Source of the DNA: Trypethelium eluteriae
Lineage: Eukaryota
Direction: 5' to 3'
DNA length: 64,000 nucleotides
Assembly (NCBI GenBank): GCA_051942245.1
Contig: JAVECL010000001.1
Location: 1 to 64,000, forward strand
Below the pieces are notes generated by a model. It saw nothing but the letters and a program-made list of their open reading frames with translations. It made no database searches and had not been told where the DNA came from. The translations under genes were made by a program, and so were the position numbers. Of this stretch, positions 10,850 to 22,784 are shown piece after piece. Each line of letters opens with the position of its first letter. Within the stretch, counting starts at the first letter, position 1.

Positions 10850-12190
10850 TACTTATTATATAATTTTATAAAAAAAAATAAGTTTTAATATAAAAAATAT
10901 TAAAAGGGTAGAATACCTAAAAAATTGGATTTAAAAAGAAATTTTATAAATTAAAATTATATATAATAATTAAAAAAGCTTCCTTTAATTTTACTCTTAT
11001 ATTATATATAAAAAAGTTACTTATTTTAAGTATTATAAAAAGGTAAAAGCTATGAGCTTAAGGGGGTATATAATTAGGTATTTATATTATATAAAAATAA
11101 AAAAAAATATATTTATAAATAAAGAAGATATTATACATACCTATAAAGAGAGTAATTAGTATTATATAAATATAAAAAGATTTATATAAAGGTTTCCTAA
11201 AGCATTATTAAAAATAAATAGGTATAATTACCCACCCTTAATAAGCTCTAATATAAAATAACTCCATAAGTAATTCTGCAAATTAGGAATCCTTATTATT
11301 CCCCTTATTATCCTTCTTAGGATTTATATAATTAGGCCTATTATCTTTAGAGGAATCTTTATTTAAAAATAAAGAAAGAGGGGATAAAGGTGCTTATACA
11401 TAATAATTATAACGCAGAGCATAATCCCACTATTTGCAATTAGCGCACGCCCCTCCAAAATAGCCTTATATATAGCAATATTTTAAAAAGGGAGTAAAAC
11501 CATATTATATGTATTTATTACACGCAGTTGCCTCTTATTATCCTTTACTCTGGATTAAAAGCATATTTATTATTAAGGGCTGGGCTTTTGCTATTTACTT
11601 AGGAGTAATACTAATTTATACTTATCATATAAAAAGGATATCAACCCCTAGCATTATAAGCACAGTTAGGCCCTAAGGGTTGTAAGTCAGTAGCGCAAGC
11701 TGTTGTCCTCTAATACCAAAAATAGGAGCAGGGCCCGGACGGAAAAAAAAAGCAGTAAGGACAGCAGCAACAGGGGGGGCAGGAGCAGCAAAAGCAGCAG
11801 GAGCAGCCCTATCATACAAAGGAAGTTAGCAAAATTATTTTAAGAAGCATTATACAAAATAAAAAATACTTACATTATTGTTATTATTATTATTGTTATT
11901 CTATATAATATTAGCGTATATTCTTATTATATAAAGTTTTGTTTAAGGGTTTATCTAAAGCTTTAAACTCATAAGTTGGAGGCAGCAGTAATGGTAATTA
12001 TTAATCTATAATATTTGTTAGCTAATTAATGCTTAAAAAGGTCTTATTTACCTAATTTAGCAAGCTTTATACAAAGCTAGGGCTAAAACATACCGCTGCT
12101 GTTTATAAAGAGAAGAAGAAGTAGATTGGATCGGCTATGTGGAATTTTAATTTTAAACACGCACAGCTAGACTGTTTTAGGGTTAGTACA
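10850..12190 (-). mobile_element. Heavily RIP-degraded repeat relic containing a DUF3716-like Cys-rich coding remnant
   Basis: Extremely AT- and TpA-rich. The minus strand at about 11410-11560 reads IQSKG..ACNKY..GFTPFLKYC..GYFGGACANCK*WDY, resembling the DUF3716 pattern. Element class and ends are not resolvable. Confidence 0.55.
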
Positions 12191-12283
12191 CGCGTATGGA
12201 CGAGTCAAAGTAAAGAATCAACTATTGTCTGATTCACGCTTATGCATGCTTATGCAGCTTTATTCATTTTTATTCAATTCATT

Positions 12284-14196
12284 AATGCTTACGAGCGCTG
12301 TTCAGGCTGGAAAACTTGGTTTCCAAATGGTCAGGAAAGGTAAAATACCTACCTCATAGTGTTCTAAGCCTGTACACGTGCTGATGCGTTTGCTAAGCGC
12401 GCGTCGTGTTCTGACGAGCAACTCGATGCATAACTACTAACTATGCGATAATAGTGGAGAACTCGAAGAGGCGCGAAAGGTTCGAAAAGATCATCGAAAT
12501 TTTCTACAGATTCTCCCTAGACTCGGCAATTCCGTCAAGTCTGACCTTGCAGAATCCTTTGCGGCAAGCAAGAAGGAAAGCACGTCTACACAATCGACGC
12601 AGAATATCCTCTTGAACTCCTTGAATACCGCTTCGTTGGACGATCTAGAACTTTACGTAGCCAACAGTGTTCAAGATATCACTGAAGCAAGCTCTGAGCT
12701 TGTGAGGAAGAGACATAGAGGTTTGCGCAAATATGTTTCGACTCCTTTTCAAGAGTTTGCCAAGCTTTTCTCTGACTTTTTGGTCGCGTATGGGGGATTG
12801 GTTGATATTTTGAAGAACGCAGATTCACAATATGGCAACATCGCTTCATCAACATTCTCATTGCTCTTCGCGGTAAGTTATCCCTTTCAAGTATTAAAAT
12901 GGTGCTCCAAAGTTAACGAAATGTATTAGATTGTCAAGAACAAAACAGAAGCCGAGGAACATCTTCAGAGATGCTTCAAGAATATTACTGAGGCGCTGCC
13001 GAATCTCGAAGTATACAAGAGAGTATATCCGGACCAAGAATTAGGCCGGCTTCTGTCGGAAGTCTACAAGAACGTTATTCTCTTTGGTCGAGAGGCTACT
13101 ATATATCTCTTGGGCCATGGTTTCGGTACGTCGAGCTTATTCTTAAAGTAAATTGTCTTAACAATGTTACATGTAGAGCGAGTGGGTCACGCTCTTGGAC
13201 GTCCGTACAAATTTCAGTCTTCCGAAGACACGATACGTCAGCGATTAATTGTTGTTCATCATCGTTGCGATGCCCTTTTCGCAGGCCAAGTTTTATCACT
13301 TCAGAACCTGAATGAGAAGATCAAGAACCAGAATGACGAGATAATAATAAAATTAGCAACCCTTGAAGAGGAAAATAGAGGTGTGTGTTCTCTCACTGGA
13401 AATAGCCTTCCACTCACTGCTGCTAGATTTAAAAGCGCTTCAAGTTAGCTCCAGAATTGCTCAGTTGCGAAACACACTAGCAGTTAAAGAATTGACCCAC
13501 GAGGAAAGAGAAGACAAGCTTCGGACATATGAGCTTTTATTGGAAAACAGCTTCTCGCCACCGAGGCGTCCATTTGCCTTCCGTATCTCGGATCTCGAAT
13601 CGGCAGAAGAATACAAGCGTTGGAGAGCGGCGAGTGCCCCTGTTCTGGTTAGCCGTGGCAGCAATCATCATCGTCTAACCATCGAACGTAATTCTTGACT
13701 CTCACCTGTTGCAATTCACATGATACAAAGTGCACAGAAATCTCAGCAAATGATTGCATATTTTCTCTGCGACGACGAAAGTACCCACAAGCATGTCCTC
13801 TCTTCCATACTGTTTCAGATCCTTGAGAAGAGCGCTCATCAATGGTGGAGTAAAGAGGATGATAACCACATGAGTACTCAGTTGTCAAGAAGCAGCGACG
13901 CAGAGACTGTACTCAGAGTACTTATTCGAGTAGTTCAAGCACTGCCAGAGCCATTACTGATCGTGATTGATAGACCAGAGCTTTGTACAAAACAAAATTT
14001 GGTTCGACAGGGCATATCAAACAGTTTCGTGAAATTGGCTCGAGAAATTGGATCTGGTGTCAAAATTCTAACAGTACAAAGAACTGAGTATGGTAATTTA
14101 GTGGATCTTTCGGTTAATGATCGAAGACAGAGCAATGATTTTCAAGATCTGTATCTCGTTATGGAACGGAATCAAGAAGAATGGCCATTATATTAA
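12284..14196 (+). pseudogene. NACHT/NLR-related protein with helical N-terminal domain and degenerate NTPase; in-frame TGA at 13696, 5' end uncertain
   Basis: Exons 12455-12872, 12930-13125, 13177-13380 and 13427-14196 join in frame through GT-AG introns. Motifs FLVAYGGLVDILKNADSQYG, IAYFLCD, VLSSILFQIL and Walker-B-like LLIVIDRPE. No Walker A. One TGA in NS*LSP. Confidence 0.6.
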
Positions 14197-14289
14197 CAGA
14201 TAATATTAAATCCGAATATAACTATATTTTCTCCCTACATTAATTAATTGAAATAAGTAAGTAATTAGATTTTGTTACGAATTTTGATA

Positions 14290-15450
14290 GAATTGTTATC
14301 GTGGTTTGATTACATACAGACGCGTAAATGTACTTAATGCGCTGTTGTGGTAATGCGCATTGATTACTGAACGAGAAGTGAATAGAGGTCTCTTCGAGGA
14401 GCTGCAGCACGTCTACACCAGTTGGCAGCAGGCGTCGCTCGTGAGTAGAGCTGAAGACCAGTCGCGATCCGATGATGCGTGCCAAGATAAGGACTTCTTT
14501 CTGAGGTCCTGTTAACAATATGCTACACCTGCCGGCACGCTGTACAGAGATCCTCCCATGGGGTGATGTCGTCTCCATAGAAGATGGTTGTTTTTCGTGT
14601 CATTTTTACTTCTTGCATAATCCAGATCCTATAAAACCAAGGTCGCTTGAAGAAGTTCTGGAGTGCCTTGACGACGTCTGTCTCTGGCTAGTGATATATT
14701 TTTTTTTAGTCGAAAGGAATATTGCAGCACAGCTCCCAGAAGCGGAAGCCATTTCACATCCCATGTAGCGTTGAATCTCGAGGCTGCCCATGACAAAAGC
14801 ATGACTTGGACGATAGGTGTTTGGTAGAGAGTATAGACACCGGCGCTACATAAAGCAGCAACTCAAAGCAGGGAGTTCCTTCAAGAAGCCGAGGGTTCGA
14901 TGAGGCACCGTAATCTTGCTGTCCCATGTAGAATTTCGCACAAGGTAGTGGAGATAGTAATTTACAAGAACACGATCATGCGAATCCTCTCTGAGTCAGA
15001 TGAACACGTGAGTCGCGAAATGATAAATCTCGGCCATGCGGGTGACTTCGTGATGCCGCTCTAAGATGTCATCCTGACTAATAGAGATGCTGTTGATCCA
15101 AATATATCAATACTTATCGCCCGCTCCTGCATCGTTGTTCAAGTCCTTGTTGAGAGAGCGAAGAGGTTGAAATAGATTCTCGGTAATCGGAAAGTCATGG
15201 CCTAACAGATTTATGCTTCTTGATCCATCGCTACCGCCTCAGGTGTATGAAAGCGCCGTGTATATGAGCTGATTATCCAGCGTAGCGTGTATGAGATGCA
15301 AACTGATGGGTTCTTTGAGGCTTGCAGTGCTATCGAATCGAAGCAAGCGTATCTCGTTCCTCTCACGATCAAGTGGACTGTATTCGAAGTGCGTCGAAAT
15401 TTCCCCGAGAACAGCATCAGATCTTCTTGAGCAGTATTCAATGCATAGTG
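14290..15450 (-). pseudogene. HET (heterokaryon incompatibility) domain pseudogene
   Basis: Minus strand at about 14995-15195 reads PITENLFQPLRSL ... YIWINSISISQDDILERHHEVTRMAEIYHFATHVFI*L. This matches the HET consensus VT.NL..AL / WIDAICINQ.D..ER..QV..M..IY..A..V.VWLG. Stops and frameshifts present; ends approximate. Confidence 0.75.
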
Positions 15451-16348
15451 CAAATTTTTATACTGCGGACTACTCGACTTTGAGCATACCAGAACAGACT
15501 CATGCTAAGGTCCAGACTAACGAGCCAATGAGCAACTTCCGTCTGGCTTTCCAAGGTACAATTCATGCACGGAACTTGCAGAACGAAAAAAGGCATACGG
15601 CGAGATGGTTGCGTAAATAACAAGAGGCCGTAATTCTTCCCCCCAGTTCATGCAGCTTCCCGGGCACAATATCCTCGGTCGAAGCGTTATTGAGTTCATG
15701 GGGGTGGTGGACGCCGATCCCTGGAAGAAATGGCTTCGCACATTTGGATTGCGTTTGCAGAATACTGTTGGAGCTTTTTTCGTGGAAGTTCATGGTAGCC
15801 TTGCTGGCTCGCTGGGCGGTAGAGTACTTAATAGGTATGTTCGGCGGCGCAACCTGGATCATTTTCTCGTTGGGCCCAGCCAGACAGACATCGTCTTTCG
15901 ACGGACTTAGACTCTTCGGATTCGGCGCACGGTATATAGAGGAAGTGGACGCGTTTCTGTTCTATTCGCTAGATAAGGTAGGTAGGTAGTACGGAGTACA
16001 ATGAAGGGATACAGTACGGAGTATTACCTCCGTACCATAACAAAATCGTTCGAGCAACCCCCAGCAATTTTCCCGCGCCAGCGAGCGGACACTTCTTTCA
16101 CATGACTGTAACAACTACCAAAAGATACCCAACGGTGCTGCCTCTCAACAATTTTCGCGAATTTCAGGTGAGCAAAAGCGCTTTGGAAAGGTTTCTGTTA
16201 TGTCTGGTTTACTGTCAGGAACAGGATTCTCAAAAATTAACGACAGCCTTTGTTTCATTGAATTGAGTGGGGCAACTCCAGACGGGACCACCACGCGTTG
16301 GGGGTATCACGTGACAGGATCGCGCTCCAATCTCTCACCACAACAGAA

Positions 16349-16750
16349 ATTGACGAATCGAACAACGAGGAGTTGACAACAGCTAAAATTCTATGTTTAT
16401 GTGGTATGAAAATACAGTAAACTGCTACGCGTACCTATCGAATGTCCCATTCATGCACGAGACGGCAAATATGTCGACGTGAAATGTGAGTCCAGTTTTT
16501 GCAACAGTCGATAGTTTGCGCATGGACACTACAGGAGCTGCTAACCCTCAAAACCTGGATCTGGACGTTCCATATCGTCGAATGAAAGATTATCTGCTAC
16601 TTTGTACTCGAATGCCAGCGTGCGAGCTATCACTTGGCTGAATATCAACTATGGCCAAGAAGAGTAGCGTGGAGTGACTCTGCAAGTCTGGTCAACTCAA
16701 ACGATTCATACAGGAAACGGAGATGTCCTAATAATTGGGAAATAAGTTCA
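16349..16750 (+). pseudogene. Second HET-domain pseudogene fragment (HET-E-like subtype)
   Basis: IDESNNEELTTA / NSMFMWYENTVNCYAYLSNVP / AWTLQELL matches CIDK.SS.ELSEAINSMF.WY..A..CYAYL.DV...RGWTLQEL, with frameshifts. Ends approximate. Confidence 0.72.
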
Positions 16751-17416
16751 CGAATTTGGTACGCTCTAATCCAAGACAACTCTGCTCGTTCTTGACCTCT
16801 TACTTTTTGTTAGGTATTCATCGACGATTGAGGCAACTCTACCAACCAGACATGACTACGGCTCCACCTCAGCAATTTGCCCTCGAACTAGCACCCAGCA
16901 TCTAAGACGAAGATCGAGATTCGGATGTTCATACTCGAGAATCTTGTCAATTTCTGACTGCAATGAAATAGACAAAGTATATGGAAGAGGATTGTTAAGC
17001 AAGCATTCAAACACACCTGAGGCCAAAAAGAGGATGCTATCGGTACCATGGGAGAAAAATCAAGATGTGGACAATGGAGGTACATAGGTAGGCTCAGCAA
17101 GGTAAGAGAGCTGCAGAGTGTGCAGTACAAGAAGAACATAATCACACTGCAATGGGGACCTCGGCCTTCTCAAGCTACAGATGCAGAATATGTCGGAAGG
17201 ACTAATGAGATTAGGCTGTGTATTCTTTAGACTAGTAATGGATGCATCCTGTCCTGACTATGATCTTTCTCCGATGTAGTATTACAGTGTGGTTTGTCGG
17301 TAGCGATTTGCTCTCAGAACCATACCTAGCTTTGTTAACGACAAGACGATTACGTTGACAATTTTTAGAACCATTTGCGTCTTATCTCACAACGTAACGG
17401 AGAACCCCAAGTCGGC

Positions 17417-18650
17417 CTAGTCCATCAGGCGCGTCCCAATCTGCCCAGACGAGATCCTGCGCTCCATCGGCATTCAGAAGCACTCTCGGATCAACAACAA
17501 GCGCCACCGAGTCAGAATCCGCCAACTGAATGAATCTGGCTACCGTCCCGCTACTATTGGAACTTCAACCGTTGGGACCCACGCAAGACCTGGCGAACCG
17601 GACATTCCTGGTGCAGTCACTATTTGCATTTCATTGAACATAAGTGTCCCATTATCTCCTCCAACCACCGTGTTGGGATTCTTCTTGGCAATGACTACTT
17701 TCTGAAAGTCGTCCCGAGTGATCGTATGACCAGCTGCGACTCTCAATCCGCCAAGATAGAATTCCGACAGATCTGCATATCGATTGATACTTCCGGGATA
17801 ACCGGCAACTACAAAACCTAGTTGGTAAGTCGCCGGCAGGTCAGCCATGCTCGGCAGCATCGACGTGATTTTTGGAGCTTGCTCCCACCAGGAGGCCGGG
17901 ATTGCCGAGTTGTTTATGTACAGTGCGGCTCCGCCGCAGCGATGTTCATGTTTATTCGGGGCGAAGCCTTGCATGGCGGCCCTCTTGTCAACCCAGCCAG
18001 TGAATATCTTCGGGCCCCAGATAGCCAGGACAAAATACCACCAGCTTTTGCGTGCTGTGACCCATCCATACCTTACGTGTTACATTGCGATTCTCGTCAT
18101 GCGGTGGCACAACGGAAAATATACTATGGACAGCTTTCAGTGAGGTCTTCCTGTAAATCTAGTAGCGACAGGAGAGACTGCCGTCTTATCCTCCCTTTTG
18201 GCCTGTCTTTACGCTGCGGAGAATCCAGCAAAAGTCGAGTGTCATTAGAGTACCTTACCGCGAAGGGGGGGTTCCTCAACTGGTAATCAATACAATGTTA
18301 CCTCAGTTTAACTGTTATGACCATTTTGGCCCATGTTAACACGGCCTTAACGTGGGCCAATAAGGTTATAACAATAAAGTTGAAATAATATTGTGTTGAT
18401 TACCAGTTGAGGAACCCCCCGGCCACGGTAAGGAATGGCGTTAAGGGCAGTATGAGGCGTACCTGGAAGCTCTTTTGGTTTCCTTGATTACTTTTGTCAC
18501 AGATTACAATTTTGAGCGTGCCCGTGGTGTGATTCTGTAATGGTAAAGCCTCCGAAACGGCCGCAACTGCTTCACGCTGCTCACAAACAGCTCCACAAAT
18601 TGCCCACCGCATTTGGGAAGCCGTCATTCTGGAGTCTTTTCGAATACTCC
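17417..18650 (-). pseudogene. Trypsin-like serine peptidase relic, probably disrupted
   Basis: ORF 17540-17974 contains VVAGYPG and TAPGMSGSPG, the trypsin-fold nucleophile motif. No clean catalytic His exon was found. The MITE lies in an apparent intron. Confidence 0.45.
18258..18428. mobile_element. Hairpin MITE, TA-flanked (Tc1/mariner-type non-autonomous), copy 1
   Basis: 171-bp imperfect palindrome CCGCG..GGGGGTTCCTCAACTGGTAATCAA ... TTGATTACCAGTTGAGGAACCCCCC..CACGG, with TA on both sides. A homologous copy is at 48529. Confidence 0.88.
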
Positions 18651-19454
18651 ATTCTCAACGGAGACGTAGTAGCCTGTCCTTATGCAAAATGTCGAGATTC
18701 CAGGGAGGAGGATTGAACGCAGATGGATGTTGAACTGGGGACATGATTGACAGAATAAACAGAGCATTGAAACAAGAATGGAGACGATGGACAGAGCAAG
18801 AGTTCACTTGTTCGATGAAGCCAAATTAAAAACAGTGAGCAATATCGTGCATGGACTGTCAAGAGTTTCACGGTCTGATAGCAGCAGGCAGGAAGACGAC
18901 ATGTGGTTTCTCGATACATGGGATAGCCGCTGCTTGTTTTCGCTACAGACCCTCCTCGAATGCATGTGATATGTTTGGCAGGGTAGGCAGAACAGACCAT
19001 TACATGTCAAAATGACCTCACGGCCCATCTAACATGTCGCTGCGGGTAGGTACGTGCATGGGCAGCAGGAAGTCGTGGGACTTACTCATATATACCTTCT
19101 ACAAATACCGAGGATGGTCGCTGACCGAACCCCGGTAAAAACCGCATTTTTATCAGGCAGATTAGGGCAATCTGTGATTAATCGTTGGATTGACAAAAGC
19201 ATAGACAGTGACCGAGAGACCTGTCTGGATAAGATGCCTACAGCAATACGCAATCTCTTTGATCGCCAGAAAAAGGGCAGCAAATCTACCATATCTCGCT
19301 TCATGTTTCTATACTCGCTTTTGATTCTGTGATTTAGTTATGTTTCTGAGTTATCTAATTAAGATTCTCTACAAACAATGAGACAGCCCGCAATGATTCG
19401 GTAAAGTACTGACAGCCGAAACCCCATACCAAACACTGCTCGCTCGAAATACAT

Positions 19455-21119
19455 TTAGTAATCAATATTGTCACATACGCTAAAAGATGCCCAGTTACCA
19501 GGTGCATCAACAAGAATACCACCGCCAAGATATGCATGTGGTACATCAATACTCGAGGTATCATCGGTTGAACCTATGCATCCACTCACACCCATAAATG
19601 GGAGCACGGCATTCTTATCAGGCAGATTAGGGCAGTCTTGGAAGGGACCGTAGGTTGAATACGTCCATGTGCAAATCCGAAGGGTACTCATACAGTTGTA
19701 CTGCGTCGGATCCTGAGAATTGATAGTTGGACCGGCTCCACCATTTTGACCGCTGGACTGAGCACATTGTAAGCCACCTGTAAAAAGCAATTTGCCAGTG
19801 GTAAGAGGGTTGCTTCCATTGAAAAAGGCGTTAAGCTCGTTGTTGTAGTTTTTGGTCATATGTTCAGGATCGGTCAGGCCGTAGGTGTCGGTGCCATCCC
19901 AGAAGAAAGTATCGCAAACACCCCACTCAGTATAACCTGATCCACATCCAGTATCCCACTCTAGCTTGGTGCCATTGGTCTGAAGAGCATGCACATCAGT
20001 ATTGACCGCCCGAGAAGCGACAAGACCTTGGGTATTGATGATATCGGAGATGGCGTATGTATTGAGAGCTTGAGACATGGAGTTTTCGAGACCATCGAGC
20101 GAGGGACGAATTCCTGAGAGACCCGATTGCTGATTGAATGCGATGAAAGCGGTGATGTTATTCTGGAGCTCTGGCAGGCCAGAGGCAACAGAGTTCTTCC
20201 AAGCATCGGTGACTTTACCAACATCTCCAGAGACTTGAGACCAGTCGGAGAATTCACCATCTACAGTTCCGGATGGGAATAGTTTACCAATCAGACTTGA
20301 TGTTTGGGGAGCGCTTCGCAGTAGCGCTTTGGTAAGAATACTGCCTTCTGAGTATAACGAAAGGCCGAACGTGAGAGCATCGAGAACGTATTCGAGTGGT
20401 TTGGGGGCCCCGGTCTCCTGAGGTGGATCCAAGAGGGTGACGATTGATGAAAGACCGTCCTGGACAGTTTGATCAGCACCACCGATAGCATTGTAAAGAT
20501 CCAAGAAGAAGCCTTGCGTATTCCAAATGACCCAAGTGACGTAGAAGTCTTGAACGGCGTTTTGCGACTCGCTCTGAAAATCGCTCCATTCGGGCTGCTC
20601 GCAAGCGGGATCAATATTGAGTTGATCGCATTTCGATGGAGCGTATTTCGTTTTCTTTGAATACCAGCAGTCGGCAAAGCCATCAGTTTCGCCGCAATCA
20701 TTCTGATTATCATTCCACCAGTGTATGATATAGTCTGGTAGATCTAGCGAATTGAAACACGCCTCGTCAGGCGCAGCAGGGTTGGTGCATCGGGGATCGG
20801 GAGATTGTGCGGACGTACTCGAAGAGGCTGAATGAACGGATAGGGCAGCAGGGCCAGGCGATGTGTAAGGGCAGATATCACTGCTGTTCGCGAACGAATA
20901 TTTATTGCCGTCTGAACATTGACAATATCCTTTGATCCCATTATCTGGATCCTGATACGGCGTACAGAATGGTGTGGGTTCTGGGGACGACGACGCGCCA
21001 TCGCGTGGAAGCACACTTTGTGTCTTTGTTGGGATGAAGCTATCGAAGCTGCGGGCTGGAGAGGCAGAAACGGAGAGGACGGCGCTAGCCAGGAGCACCA
21101 GTGCTCGATATCTAGCCAT
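19455..21119 (-). CDS. Secreted cysteine-rich hypothetical protein, 554 aa
   Basis: Single long ORF with a signal peptide (MARYRALVLLASAVLSVSA), Ser/Thr linkers and Cys-rich modules. No family recognised. Confidence 0.88.
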   Translation of the reverse strand: MARYRALVLLASAVLSVSASPARSFDSFIPTKTQSVLPRDGASSSPEPTPFCTPYQDPDNGIKGYCQCSDGNKYSFANSSDICPYTSPGPAALSVHSASSSTSAQSPDPRCTNPAAPDEACFNSLDLPDYIIHWWNDNQNDCGETDGFADCWYSKKTKYAPSKCDQLNIDPACEQPEWSDFQSESQNAVQDFYVTWVIWNTQGFFLDLYNAIGGADQTVQDGLSSIVTLLDPPQETGAPKPLEYVLDALTFGLSLYSEGSILTKALLRSAPQTSSLIGKLFPSGTVDGEFSDWSQVSGDVGKVTDAWKNSVASGLPELQNNITAFIAFNQQSGLSGIRPSLDGLENSMSQALNTYAISDIINTQGLVASRAVNTDVHALQTNGTKLEWDTGCGSGYTEWGVCDTFFWDGTDTYGLTDPEHMTKNYNNELNAFFNGSNPLTTGKLLFTGGLQCAQSSGQNGGAGPTINSQDPTQYNCMSTLRICTWTYSTYGPFQDCPNLPDKNAVLPFMGVSGCIGSTDDTSSIDVPHAYLGGGILVDAPGNWASFSVCDNIDY

Positions 21120-22784
21120 AAGAGATTGTCTGTGTGGTTTAGAAAGCCTTCAAAGGTTGCAGGTCGCGTAGAAACGGTGCGATTGCTAAAAGGGACAAGT
21201 AGAAACGTAATCTCGAACCGAGAGAGGAGAACGACAAGTTGCTCGATTGTACAATGGAACGAAAAGCATGTAAAACTCTTATACGGAGACAAGCCTTATA
21301 TAAACCTCCACCAGGCCTACCAGCGAGTCGCCTTGACATCTCAGCTCGCATGTTATACTCGCCTAGGGCGAGATTGCCAAGAGAAGAGTAGGTGACACAA
21401 TGACGGCAGACCACTCGTTATGGGATTTAGAAGCATTCAATGGCCGTTGAACAAAGTAGCACGTTTTCACCGTATTATGAACGCCGTAAGAATAGCTTTG
21501 GCCACCAACGCTGGGAGCGTGGAGATCACTTCTGGCCTCCCTGTCCGAGTCCGTAAACAAGGAATGTTTTTAAGCCTCGAAGGATGCAGAAACTGCAAGA
21601 CCCTTACCGCACAGATACAGAGATGTCCTGACCTGGGGAACCTAGCACTTGTAGCCATTTCCTGTCCCTTTGACGAGACACTAGGAAGGTGCCGGGAAAT
21701 TGAGCAAAGTACTTGATGGCTTCTGGACGCGAAGCATCTATTCTTGGAAGTTAACCATTATGACAGAAGAGCTCCAAATCATTATTTAATTGAAGATCTT
21801 GGTACTGATCCAGACAGTCGTTCGCCGATTGAGTCAAGAGAACGGGGGTAAAGGCCAATTCCCCCTAATCGACTAAGAGCGATGAGCCATGAGGCTCCGT
21901 CAAGCCGTCACAAGCAGTGCTTATCTTTCGGAGATCTCTCTGAGTCCATTTCGAACCCGTAGACACAGTTGCTCTGTGCCCGCAAAATCACTCCAGCGTT
22001 AGCATGGAAAGTGCTTAAGAGACTCGCAGCTGGATTGTAGTGATGTTGCCGAAGCACTTGTTAATCTCCCGTCATTGAGTATTTGATTCAAGGAGAAAAC
22101 TAGAAGAGCGGTCTTCACCTCCGGATCTGTTGTTGGTAATTGGGATATCGCCATAGAGAAGCGTGTTGCGGCTAACGACCGTAGATCTAGGTCTGAACTC
22201 TAAAACAATCCTTCCGCATGAACGTGATGGGAGCTTGGGCCGCGATTGGTGAAAAATCTAAAGGGTTCGCCCCAATGTCAGATTCCGAGGCTACGGTGCA
22301 CGGCTTCTCGAAATCGCCTTTGTTGTCAACAAGAATAGCGACATCAGTTTTTGATGATGTACAGGTTCTCTGGCAAATGCCGCCTTTTCGCGGGCGAAGT
22401 ACGATAGAGTAGAGGGATCGGGCCGCGACGGTGCGAACGCGACGCGCATCATTGGGGATGGGCGAAATTTTCTTTGAGGGTCTCCACGTTCACGAGGTAC
22501 ACAGCGATAAGTTCCCATCACACATTCAAATATCTACTTTGTCTCACCTCTCGGAGCATTGCAAGCCTCAGATATAATTTTTGCACATGTATGCAAGACA
22601 CTCGCCGAAGACCTCTCAATTATAAACGAGTAGAACTACCGGTCACCTCCATCGTCGCGAAACTTCGTACAGCCCTCAATTCCTCCTTACTCGTCAGTAC
22701 CGGGCACTTCTACCTATTTCGTACGGTTAAAGACTACATGCTACGGGCTTTTGGCGCGTTCAACATCTTCAACGTGGTCGAGAT

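Noticed and set aside
15563..15989. Overlapping ORFs of about 90-100 aa on both strands
   Set aside because: No recognisable motif or splice structure.
21600..22520. Possible gene upstream of NRK1
   Set aside because: Only short ORFs with no family signal.
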